From NCBI GenBank assembly GCA_964529995.1, contig CAZGZF010000001.1, forward strand, positions 1 through 44,133: DNA of 44,133 nucleotides, given 5' to 3'. Below are positions 9,503-18,336 of this stretch, in pieces. The first letter of the stretch is position 1. Each line of letters begins with the position of its first letter. A model generated the notes under the pieces. That model saw nothing but the letters and a program-made list of their open reading frames with translations, searched no databases and was not told the origin of the DNA. The DNA is from an uncultured Candidatus Bathyarchaeia archaeon (GTDB lineage: Archaea; Thermoproteota; Bathyarchaeia; 40CM-2-53-6; JALHTG01). Both the position numbers and the translations under genes were made by a program.

Positions 9503-9563
9503 TTCTTTGGTATTGTGTGGACTAGACTACTAGCGTCTGCACGAACAGCTTTGGATATTTTGA

Positions 9564-10028
9564 TTACTTCTTCCGGCTGCGTTTCTTCGTAAGGGCTATT
9601 GCTAAGACTAGCACAGCCGCCGCGATGATGGGCAGCAGATGCGCCGCAAACTCAGGTATAGGAATCTCCGACCTCTCCAAGTAGAAATTCATTTGAGCTG
9701 ACCCTCCCTCGGAAATCGCTATGACCCTGCTCTGCATCTTGAAGCCTGGATGCTCAACTGTCACGTTGAGGAGCCCCGAAGGCAGATACATCGTGTAGCT
9801 GCCGTTAGCACCAGTCGAAACCGATTCGACTAGGATGTTACCACTGTATGCTGAAACCCTGGCCCACACAAGCGGCACAGGGTCATCAAGCCAAGTGTAT
9901 CCCCAGACCCTTCCGGTTAGCATGCCACCGACTGATCCTATCCCAGCTGTGTTGGGTGCGGAGCTTATAAGCAAGACCAGGACCGTTGCCGTCAATGCGA
10001 TCGATGCAATCTCTATGCCCTTTTTCAT
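9564..10028 (-). CDS. Small secreted protein: signal peptide, carboxypeptidase-regulatory-like beta-sandwich, PEF-CTERM-like C-terminal sorting signal
   Basis: N-terminal hydrophobic segment. GRVWGY...TGANGSYTMYLPSGLLNVTVEHPGF is CarboxypepD_reg-like. C-terminus is IPIPEFAAHLLPIIAAAVLVLAIALTKKRSRKK (PEF + TM helix + basic tail). ATG with GGAGATGG 8 nt upstream, 17 nt after the upstream gene. Confidence 0.7.
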   Translation of the reverse strand: MKKGIEIASIALTATVLVLLISSAPNTAGIGSVGGMLTGRVWGYTWLDDPVPLVWARVSAYSGNILVESVSTGANGSYTMYLPSGLLNVTVEHPGFKMQSRVIAISEGGSAQMNFYLERSEIPIPEFAAHLLPIIAAAVLVLAIALTKKRSRKK

Positions 10029-10045
10029 CTGTTGACCATCTCCAC

Positions 10046-13000
10046 TTATGTATGCTTCGGAAGCAATCCCATTAAGGTTTTGGAGTCACGATCGTTTCTA
10101 GACGTTATGCTTCCCTTTCGGATCTTTTTGGCGATCCAGTATATCATGAGGGCCACCCCTGCGCTGGATAGGCATGCGGATACTGCAAGGAGAATGAAGG
10201 TTCCAGCTGTGGTTGTTATAGGAGCATGTGTTATCTCGCCAAAGATTATCAGCTCGGCGGAGATCAGGAGAACTATTCCAACATATTTGCGCAAGTTCCT
10301 TCCTATGTTACGTCTTCTCGTTCTGGTCACATAGAGCCCCAACAGAAAGAGAGGCGAAAAGTGAACAACGCCGATCATCGCCGATGCAATTAGACCAGCC
10401 GCGAAGAAGGCAACTTCCGAGCCCGGGCCGACCGCAAAGTAGGCCGAAGCTGATAGACCAAGAATCCGCACAGTTGGGTAGAACAGCACTCCCAAGGCCC
10501 TTCTGAGGGTTGGATTCTCACATATCAAGGTGGCCAGGTTTGGAGCCAGAGAATGACAGATCTCGTCGAAGATGTTGGACCAGTGTTTTCCTGCAAAGCT
10601 TCTTGAAACATATCGTTCTCTAGCGGCCGTCAAGAGTGCAAGTTCAGGAAGGCCGTCAACTCCGTACGTAGCCACCAAGATATCCAGAAGGCCCTTTGGT
10701 TTCCTAACGTAGACAAGCTCAAGGTTTGTGGGAGAGTTGACCGCCAGAGGAGGGTCAATCGACTGCCCATAAAAGCTCCTCCAGCCCTGCAAGACATATT
10801 GGTCAGAGCCTGCTTGGAGCTTGGACGATGCTCCAAGCTCGATGACAGACCCTGCGTCTACCCACTCCGAGAATGAGTAAGGCATGGTCCCATTTCGCCA
10901 TTGTGAGTTGACTCCAACTGAAACACTAGTACCGTTTGGAAGGCCGACAACATTAAAGTTGACCAAGTACTGCTTTCTCCAGTTTGCAGTTATGACCTTG
11001 GGAACATCCATCACCACTGAGGCCTCGCAAGAAAGACCTTCGTAGTCGCCGCTCCACCCCGCGAAGACGTGGCGGACTCCGTTTCCTAGGTCGACTGTGG
11101 CTTCGATGGAGAATCTTGCTGTTGAATCAGCTGGAATCCATCCTTGCCCTGATGCCTTCCCATGTTCGCTTAGGATCTGAAGCTCATACTCTGTTCTCCA
11201 GTTCACGAATATTGTTCGCGGCCCGCTCATTGTGATAGAAGTCTCTTCCGATTCCGAGGTCATGTCGCCTGACCAGTTGATGAACACTCTTCTGGTGCGG
11301 TTCCCATGGTCGATAGGAGATGATGCCCTCAGCTGCACCTCAGTTCCCTCTTTGTGCCATCCTTGCTCAGCAAATGTTGCTGCAGAGGACAATATTGTGA
11401 GGTAGTGTTCAACGACCCAGTTTGCCGTCACATTGTATGGTTGGTTCATCAAGAGTTGAAGGACGGTGGAGTTTGAAGCTTGGTCTCCGCTCCAATGAGA
11501 AAACATGAAGCGGGTCTTCCCGTCATTCGTCGGAGAGGGAGAAGTTGCCCTTGCAGTCGCTGTGCTGTTCTTGTCGTACCAGCCGTTCCCCGAGGTTGTG
11601 CCTTTGCCTGAATCTATTGTGAGACGATACTGGGTCTTATACTCTGCAGAGAGATAGATGTCCCCTGTTGCATGGAGGACTCTCAGGTTCGAAGTGTGGC
11701 CGTCGCTCCATCGTACAAAGAGACGTCGCGTCCCGTAGGATATGACGTGTTCCTGTGGCGCTTCGATCGTCTGCTCCCCTGGCAGAATGGGCACCTCGAT
11801 CTCTGAGGTTCCGTTTGAGGCATATGTCGTACCGTTGACTTTGATCGATCCTCCTATCCATGGGAGTCTAACCGAGAGGACAGACCCTACTATGAATTCG
11901 CGGGTGACCTCATTGTTGGAACGGTTGATCTCACTCAGTCGTCTAGCTGAATCCACGATGCACCTCACGGTGTGTTTTCCGAAAGTGGCGTTCCAAGTCA
12001 ACTGTACGAGCTGAGCGCTTCCTGGTTCAAGTGTGTAAGTGTTAGTATACAGGAGGTTAGCGTCAAGATAGACGTGGACAGCAAAGCTTGACGCAGTCGC
12101 TGTACCTTCATTTCTTATGTGAAAGATCAGTGCCAGTACTCGGCCTGAACGCGGAGGATAAGGTGTAATTTCCAGTTTTGCGATGGCTAGATCAGGAGCA
12201 GGTCCCACGCGATTGATCTGTATACGATAGTTTTCTCCGGTTGTTCCCGAAATTGACAGAGATATCTTGTTGGCAGTGTCTGTAAACGTACGGCCTGGCT
12301 TGAACAAACAATCGTCCAGCGTAGCCGTCAGCGGATTTGCGTCGACTATCCGAACGCCTCCAGGTCCTGGGATGCTTATGTCGACGTAAGTTACCAGAAG
12401 ACCAGTGTCCGGCAGACCAATATCATATCCTATCCGCTGCCTTAACTCAGCCAGATAGTATGTTCTTTCTGTGATTGGAATCTTGAGGGCGAGGGTTGTC
12501 CCATTTTGCTCTATCGGATTGAGTGTCACATTGCTAATTATCCCACTTGGCAGTACTGTAACTTGACTTTCTGATATCCATCCGAGTCTGATCTTTGCCC
12601 AAGCAAACATGTGAGATGGACTGCTACCAGGTGGGTTGCCGTTCCAGAGCCCTTTCCCCATAAGCTCCCACCGCCCAACATAGTCCGTCCTTCGATAGGG
12701 ATCGTAGAGATCTGGCAGCCCCAGAAGATGGGCAAACTCGTGAGAGATCACGCCCACAATGTCTGCTCCTTGACTCTCAGTCTCTGGGACGATCATTGCC
12801 TTCGAAAAGGAGATCCCGTCTCGTGTCCTGAACCAGACCCCCATGAGGTAAGCACAGGACCACAAGTCGTTCGGGTTACCTGAAGTTTCTTGGCCTGACC
12901 CAGCATGAAGTACCATGACATAGGAATACTTGCTGAAATCTATCTCTGAGTCGGCTGCGTCGATTGCCTCTTGGATGAGGATCCAGCTGTCAGGAGATCC

Positions 13001-13432
13001 GTCGCCGTTCGGGTCATCGATGCTCAACCCATCTCGCCCGTATGCCCCGACGGTCTTGTTCATTTGGTACCATCGAGAAACATCTCCTGCAAGAGAGATC
13101 TTGTTGTATGAGTTCTCTTGGTAGTAGTGGCTAACCCTACTGAAGACGACGTCTTGGATTTCGTTCTTGGTCTTCGTGTGATTCACATTTGTGAACTCGA
13201 CGCAAAGCACGATTGCAGGCTGAGAGCCTGAAGGTGCCAGCGGATATCCGAGCGAGATTGTGAGCGGGACTGGTATCGGAACAGTCTCATTGAATGGAGG
13301 CGAGAAGCTGTTTGGAGCACTGGCCCGAATTGATGGAGTGCCGAGCCAGGGACCTGCAGTTCCGCCAAATGTAGCAGAAATGGAAGTCAGAAGAGCAAGC
13401 AGCGTGAGGATCGTGCTACAGGTATGTTTCAC
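10046..13432 (-). CDS. Giant secreted protein: M6 (immune inhibitor A-like) zinc metalloprotease domain, CARDB domain, InlB-B-repeat-like array and a C-terminal 4-TM module
   Basis: Signal peptide. Motifs LHAGSGQE...DLWS and HEFAHLLGLPDLYD (HExxHxxGxxD). CARDB-like PDLAIAKLEITP...IRNEGTA. At least four units ending F.(R/H/N/G)WSGD. Four C-terminal hydrophobic helices. GTG start with GGAGG 7 nt upstream. Confidence 0.8.
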   Translation of the reverse strand: MKHTCSTILTLLALLTSISATFGGTAGPWLGTPSIRASAPNSFSPPFNETVPIPVPLTISLGYPLAPSGSQPAIVLCVEFTNVNHTKTKNEIQDVVFSRVSHYYQENSYNKISLAGDVSRWYQMNKTVGAYGRDGLSIDDPNGDGSPDSWILIQEAIDAADSEIDFSKYSYVMVLHAGSGQETSGNPNDLWSCAYLMGVWFRTRDGISFSKAMIVPETESQGADIVGVISHEFAHLLGLPDLYDPYRRTDYVGRWELMGKGLWNGNPPGSSPSHMFAWAKIRLGWISESQVTVLPSGIISNVTLNPIEQNGTTLALKIPITERTYYLAELRQRIGYDIGLPDTGLLVTYVDISIPGPGGVRIVDANPLTATLDDCLFKPGRTFTDTANKISLSISGTTGENYRIQINRVGPAPDLAIAKLEITPYPPRSGRVLALIFHIRNEGTATASSFAVHVYLDANLLYTNTYTLEPGSAQLVQLTWNATFGKHTVRCIVDSARRLSEINRSNNEVTREFIVGSVLSVRLPWIGGSIKVNGTTYASNGTSEIEVPILPGEQTIEAPQEHVISYGTRRLFVRWSDGHTSNLRVLHATGDIYLSAEYKTQYRLTIDSGKGTTSGNGWYDKNSTATARATSPSPTNDGKTRFMFSHWSGDQASNSTVLQLLMNQPYNVTANWVVEHYLTILSSAATFAEQGWHKEGTEVQLRASSPIDHGNRTRRVFINWSGDMTSESEETSITMSGPRTIFVNWRTEYELQILSEHGKASGQGWIPADSTARFSIEATVDLGNGVRHVFAGWSGDYEGLSCEASVVMDVPKVITANWRKQYLVNFNVVGLPNGTSVSVGVNSQWRNGTMPYSFSEWVDAGSVIELGASSKLQAGSDQYVLQGWRSFYGQSIDPPLAVNSPTNLELVYVRKPKGLLDILVATYGVDGLPELALLTAARERYVSRSFAGKHWSNIFDEICHSLAPNLATLICENPTLRRALGVLFYPTVRILGLSASAYFAVGPGSEVAFFAAGLIASAMIGVVHFSPLFLLGLYVTRTRRRNIGRNLRKYVGIVLLISAELIIFGEITHAPITTTAGTFILLAVSACLSSAGVALMIYWIAKKIRKGSITSRNDRDSKTLMGLLPKHT

Positions 13433-13750
13433 TTGTGTTCCTCCTTCTCACAAGTATTCTGCTATCGAGCGGCCGCGAAGCGCCTTTCATTGCCCTTTCC
13501 GTGAAATAAAGCGGTTCAGAGCACAATATCATGCAGAGCCCGCGACAGAATTCAGTGAAAATCTACATGTGCGGGTCATTTTTCTGCTCAGGCGTCGATA
13601 GTTGCAGCTATCCACGGTCGCGAGGGAGTCCTTGGCCCTTAAAAGGAAGATATGACAGACCAGTAGGTCATAACGAACTTTGAACGTCCACTTTCCGCAT
13701 GACGTGTGGCAGTATCACAATCAGTCCTGAGGCCAAAGACATGTGAGGAC

Positions 13751-16060
13751 CTATGAGATTTTTGCTGCTACAAATGCAGCTAGAAACGCTGTTAGAAACG
13801 ATGGAGCGATTGTAGCAATCGCAAACCCCAATTGAGCGATCAGGGGTGTGGACAAGAACTGCCCGAGCAGCGTTAGTCCCATTCCGATGAAGGTCAAGAC
13901 GGCCATCGGCAGAAGTGGTCTTGCTGACGGCTTTCTCCGCGTGAATTTCCTCCATGCCACGGCAAAGATAACAAGAAAGGGCCCGATGTAGAGCGGACCC
14001 ACCAAGGCCCCCGTCAGAATCCACACCAAAACTTCCTGAAGCCATTGAGGACCTCCCATAGCCGTGAAATGCGTCCCAACCAATGCATTGACGCTGATCA
14101 GGGGATAGAGGAGCATCGCCGTCAATCTACTGGGTACATGCAAGGTGTCAAGGAATTTGACGAAGCTTTGTAGAAACTCCGGCCATTTTGAAGAGGCCCC
14201 TTTCGGCGGGATGATTCGAGTCACGACGGCAACAGGACTCTCTATCGGCTCGTAGTCGAGGTCATAGGTCCATCTAGCCTTGAAGTAGATCTTCTCAATG
14301 TCCCAAGGTTTCCATGTGAACTCATAGCTGCCCTTTGAGTCTGCTGTGACTGTCCCGATAGAAAGCCACTCCGCCGACTCTGGACTCCAGAATATGGTAA
14401 CGTTGGTGTCAGACCGAGCAGGGCTAATACTACCCTTGAGTGTAACTATGTCCCCTGGAAGCAGAGTGCTGGGAACGGCGTAGATTGTTATCTTTCCAGC
14501 AAAAGGCTCGGCAGTCTCATATCTCGCTATCAGTTGCATAGGGCTTGTCACGCTGATTGGGAAAGTTACTGTTCCCCCCGTCTCCATCTGCCATTGACGA
14601 AAAACAAATCTGGTCTCACTCGAGGTCAGATTGGTTGGGAATATACTGATAATCAGAGCTGAATTGGAGTCAATCCACTGCCTGTGTTTGAAGGGTACGG
14701 TTAAACTTGTCCTATTCTCATTCACCGTGACACTGACAGACGTGTCGGGAGGTAGCCCCCTTGTCGAAATTTGGATCTCATATTGCCACCTCCAGTTTGC
14801 GCGCAGTGTCTTCGGTCTGTCAATAATTATTCTGCCCGCAGAGCTGTCGATCTTCTCATCTCCTGTCCAACAAGAGAAGACCAGTCTCGTTCCGTTCATG
14901 AAATCAATGATGGGATTTACAGTGACGTTGGCGGCTGTGCCTGCCTCATACCATCCTTCGCCGACTGGAGCCCCGTGTTGGGAACTCACCGATAGATAGA
15001 ACTGCGTCCTGTATGAGAGGTACAGGTTCGCATTACTTGTCATTCTTAGGGTGGTAGGATTTGACCTTGTGAGCCACTTCCACTCGTCGAAGACCTTTCT
15101 TACGCCTCGCCCGACTGCTATCTCCTTCTGGGCCTCGATGTGGATGTCTCCTGCTGGAACACGTATCTCGATCCTTCCAAACCCATCTGCCTTGAACGGA
15201 AAACCGTTGATCTTGACTGTCACATTGCTCAAGTCGGAGTTGACATTCAACAAGAATGGGAAGAGGCCAGGCGTCCATTGAGCTGCAATATTTTCGAATG
15301 CAATCTGGTAGAGATCATTCAGACGGACTGTGTGACCCCGAAATACGTGGTCTCTGTCATTCTCGAACAGGTAGAATATTGAGTAGTAGTATCCGCCCTG
15401 ACGATCATCGGCCAAAAGCCAAAGTTCACTCGTACCTGTGAAGCCTCGATAAAGGATTGGGTAGAGGAACAGAGTCTCGGTTCGGTTGATGTATAGCCCC
15501 CGTTGATCGGTGACGAAGAGCGTGGGCCCTAGCGCAGATATTCCACTTGGCTGTTTCGCTTCTGGCACAATTGACAGCTTCGGCATCTGGACAGACGGGG
15601 TCATAGCCGTCTTGTTGGCAATGTGATCCGCACCGTAGAATATGTAGCCATCGAACGAGGAATTCTCGTAGTCGTAGTACCAGATGGTGAAGGCTCCGGT
15701 CCCGTTGTGTAGGTACGCATATACTATTCGGAAGTTTTTCGATGTCACGTTAGCCAAGAACACCACCCATGCTCTTGTTCTCGGGTCGTACACGACGTTC
15801 CAAGGAATCAACCTGAAGTGTATTCCCTTGACGAATGCGACTCCTCCTTCATTCGTCGCTTTGATGTAATCGCCGTTCTTTGTCTCCCCGTCCACCGAGA
15901 ACTCAACTACCCGGTTTCTTGCGGAGTAGGGCATCGCCTCCAGGGTGGAAGAAGACCTAACATAATGCGTCGCCGAAACAGACGAGACTACAGCAGTACT
16001 GATCGACAATGATGTGATTGCCAAAAGAAGCAAGAGTATTCGGCGAAATCCTACCGTCAA
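13751..16060 (-). CDS. Large secreted protein, paralogous in its C-terminal half to 10046-13432 (B-repeat-like units + 4-TM module); N-terminal ~300 aa of unknown fold
   Basis: Signal peptide MTVGFRRILLLLLAITSLSIS. Repeat ends FDEWKW, FSCWTGD and FRQWQM. STRGLPPDTSVSVTV aligns with NVVGLPNGTSVSVGV of the neighbour. Four C-terminal TM helices and many NxS/T sequons. TTG start. Confidence 0.7.
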   Translation of the reverse strand: MTVGFRRILLLLLAITSLSISTAVVSSVSATHYVRSSSTLEAMPYSARNRVVEFSVDGETKNGDYIKATNEGGVAFVKGIHFRLIPWNVVYDPRTRAWVVFLANVTSKNFRIVYAYLHNGTGAFTIWYYDYENSSFDGYIFYGADHIANKTAMTPSVQMPKLSIVPEAKQPSGISALGPTLFVTDQRGLYINRTETLFLYPILYRGFTGTSELWLLADDRQGGYYYSIFYLFENDRDHVFRGHTVRLNDLYQIAFENIAAQWTPGLFPFLLNVNSDLSNVTVKINGFPFKADGFGRIEIRVPAGDIHIEAQKEIAVGRGVRKVFDEWKWLTRSNPTTLRMTSNANLYLSYRTQFYLSVSSQHGAPVGEGWYEAGTAANVTVNPIIDFMNGTRLVFSCWTGDEKIDSSAGRIIIDRPKTLRANWRWQYEIQISTRGLPPDTSVSVTVNENRTSLTVPFKHRQWIDSNSALIISIFPTNLTSSETRFVFRQWQMETGGTVTFPISVTSPMQLIARYETAEPFAGKITIYAVPSTLLPGDIVTLKGSISPARSDTNVTIFWSPESAEWLSIGTVTADSKGSYEFTWKPWDIEKIYFKARWTYDLDYEPIESPVAVVTRIIPPKGASSKWPEFLQSFVKFLDTLHVPSRLTAMLLYPLISVNALVGTHFTAMGGPQWLQEVLVWILTGALVGPLYIGPFLVIFAVAWRKFTRRKPSARPLLPMAVLTFIGMGLTLLGQFLSTPLIAQLGFAIATIAPSFLTAFLAAFVAAKIS

Positions 16061-16099
16061 CGTTCTCCGACTTCGTGCCGTTGCGTGGAGGCCTGCAAT

Positions 16100-16112
16100 C
16101 GTATAATCTTTT
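16100..16112 (-). promoter_or_regulatory. Candidate BRE/TATA (minus-strand AAAAGATTATACG) for the 13751-16060 gene
   Basis: Lies about 45 nt upstream of the TTG start, with GGAG 6 nt before the start. The same AAAGATTAT core occurs at 23748-23760. Confidence 0.4.
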
Positions 16113-16252
16113 GAGGCAAGTATGCATAAAACCGTCAGATGATGCGGATCTCGGTTGTCATTCTCGGAGCAAACGATGATAGACTACTAACGATTCCCAG
16201 AGGACATAGGGCGATTTCTACAAGCCTCTGTCAGATCACGAAAGAACCTCAG

Positions 16253-17392
16253 TTACTTCAGCTTCTTCTTCCTGAAGATCCAGAAAGCAAGGCACAGCAA
16301 TATGAAAGAGAATACAAAAAACGCGATTTGATAAGATGAAGATTCAGAAGGCGTCCCTGAACTAAGCAGCAGAATCCTCCCTGGGGAACTGTATATGCAG
16401 CAGACAATTAGGTCATTCAACGGAACAAACGCATAGACTCCGTCATAGCCTTCTTCTAGCGACAGCGTGTCCAATCGCCTGAGGTTCTGGTCCAGCCTGA
16501 TGATTTTGCCAGGGCGAGTGTCAAGCCCGGCATAAACGAAGCCTTGATGAACAACAAGACTCCGAACATTATCTTCATCCTTGTAGAAATGCGCGGATGG
16601 GTCAACTTGTTCGAATTTTCTCAAGTCAACTCTCGCTATTCCTCCTGGTTTGCTGTAAAATCCTGCGAACAGAAAATCCCCTGAAATATAGACTGGTTGA
16701 GCAAAGTCTTCTCCTGGTAGAAATCGTAGCGATCCCACTTGACGAAAAGTTTCTAGGTCGATCTTTGCAACCCCTCCAGGGTTCATCGCAATGTTTGCAT
16801 AGAGATGCCGGTCGCTAATCGCCATCGAGTAGACATTGTTCTCTCCCGGCCGTAGCTCAAGAAGGCCGGTTCTCTTGAAAGTGTTGAGGTCGATTTTGAC
16901 AATCTTACCGGGCCACATCCTCAGGCCTGCGTAGAGAAAGCCATTTGAGCTTGCCAATGAGCTGACCCAGTTCTCGCCAATCGGCAGAGTCAACGTCTCC
17001 ACCTTGGAGAAGCTCGCCATGTGAACCTTCACAATCTTACCTGGTGAAGTGTACAGTCCCGCGTACAGGTGGTCTCCGACAATCAGCAGAGAGTAGATTG
17101 AGTCTTCACCTATTGACAATCTCAGAGCGGAGGCTGATTTGCTCATCGACTTGATGTCAACCCTGACAATCATTGCAGGAACAGTGTTCAAACCCGCATA
17201 CAGCGTGAATTCTCTCATAGCAAGAGACGTCGCCTTGTTTTCTTCAGGACCGAACGCGAGAGAGGACTTGATGGCCATGCGCCCTTCTCCAGCAGAGAAC
17301 AAGGGACCAAGAAGCAGAAAGCACAATAGTGCAGGAGATAGGTTGAGTTCTTGAGAAGAAATAGGCCTCACACTGAAACAGGGTCGTTTCAA
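16253..17392 (-). CDS. Membrane-anchored beta-propeller-like repeat protein (seven ~45-aa repeats)
   Basis: N-terminal hydrophobic signal. Seven repeats of the type h(Y/F)AG(L/F)xxxPG(K/G)IV(K/R)(V/I)Dhxx(F/M). C-terminal TM (YQIAFFVFSFILLCLAFWIF) plus RKKKLK. TTG start. Confidence 0.65.
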   Translation of the reverse strand: MKRPCFSVRPISSQELNLSPALLCFLLLGPLFSAGEGRMAIKSSLAFGPEENKATSLAMREFTLYAGLNTVPAMIVRVDIKSMSKSASALRLSIGEDSIYSLLIVGDHLYAGLYTSPGKIVKVHMASFSKVETLTLPIGENWVSSLASSNGFLYAGLRMWPGKIVKIDLNTFKRTGLLELRPGENNVYSMAISDRHLYANIAMNPGGVAKIDLETFRQVGSLRFLPGEDFAQPVYISGDFLFAGFYSKPGGIARVDLRKFEQVDPSAHFYKDEDNVRSLVVHQGFVYAGLDTRPGKIIRLDQNLRRLDTLSLEEGYDGVYAFVPLNDLIVCCIYSSPGRILLLSSGTPSESSSYQIAFFVFSFILLCLAFWIFRKKKLK

Positions 17393-17545
17393 TGACGCAT
17401 CATCTCCTGTTCTCTTCTAGGCACACGATGCCGAATGAGGCTGACGGATCATGTCGCCCCGGTTAGAGTCGTCCATGACCTCTGAGTGATCCTCTAGGTA
17501 ATCCGCCGAGGAACCGCAAGAGGAGGCACAGAGGTGTGGCATAAC

Positions 17546-18328
17546 CTAGCGGCCATATGTTCGCTTTCTTTTCTGATAGATTCTTATTGCGCGAAGGAGA
17601 TCGATCTTGCGAAATTCCGGCCAATATACGTCAAGGAAGCAAAGTTCACTGTATGCTGACTGCCAAAGTAGAAAGCCGCTAAGCCTTTCCTCACCAGAAG
17701 TCCTTATGATTAGGTCTGGATAGGGATTGGGAAGATGCGCCGTGTACAGATATTCTCGGAAAGTGTCTTCCTCGATGTTCTGGGGCAATATCGTTCCGTT
17801 CTGTAGATCTCCGGCCATTTTTCTCACAGCGTCAACAATCTCAGCTCGGCCTCCGTACGCGATTGCTATGTTGAGGAAATGCTTGTCGTAGTTCTTCGTT
17901 TGGTCCTCAACCTTCGTGATCAACTGCTGGATTCGGCCTGGAAGAAGCTCGATCCTTCCGATTGCCTTCACTCTGACTTCGTTTTCCGCTAATCTGCGGT
18001 CCCCGTCAAGCCTTCTTGCCTGGTCTTCGACAATGCTGAAGATCTGAGAGACTTCGTTCTCTGATCTCTCGAAGTTCTCAGTTGAGAAGACGTAAGCAGT
18101 GATAGTCTGTATCCCAAGTTGCAGGCACCATTCGAGAAAGTCCTCTGCCTTCTTCGCGCCGAATTTATGGCCCTCCCAAGGAGGAAGCATGCGTCCCACA
18201 GCCCATCTCCGATTCCCGTCCAATACAACCCCTATGTGCTGAGGCATCTCTTTGTGCCTGACTTGGTCAAAGAGCCATTTCTCGTAGATCTTGTAGACGC
18301 CGATCGCTTCCAATAGGCTGCGAAGCAA
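17546..18328 (-). CDS. uppS: Undecaprenyl/polyprenyl diphosphate synthase (cis-prenyltransferase, UppS family)
   Basis: Motifs HIGVVLDGNRRWA and DLIIRTSGEERLSGFLLWQSAYSEL. TTG start 8 nt after the upstream stop. Confidence 0.92.
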   Translation of the reverse strand: MLRSLLEAIGVYKIYEKWLFDQVRHKEMPQHIGVVLDGNRRWAVGRMLPPWEGHKFGAKKAEDFLEWCLQLGIQTITAYVFSTENFERSENEVSQIFSIVEDQARRLDGDRRLAENEVRVKAIGRIELLPGRIQQLITKVEDQTKNYDKHFLNIAIAYGGRAEIVDAVRKMAGDLQNGTILPQNIEEDTFREYLYTAHLPNPYPDLIIRTSGEERLSGFLLWQSAYSELCFLDVYWPEFRKIDLLRAIRIYQKRKRTYGR

Positions 18329-18336
18329 CCTAACTT

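Noticed and set aside
16136-16200. ATGATGC ... GATGATA motifs suggestive of a C/D-box sRNA.
   Set aside because: The C box is imperfect, and there are no CTGA D or D' boxes at the required spacing and no terminal stem.
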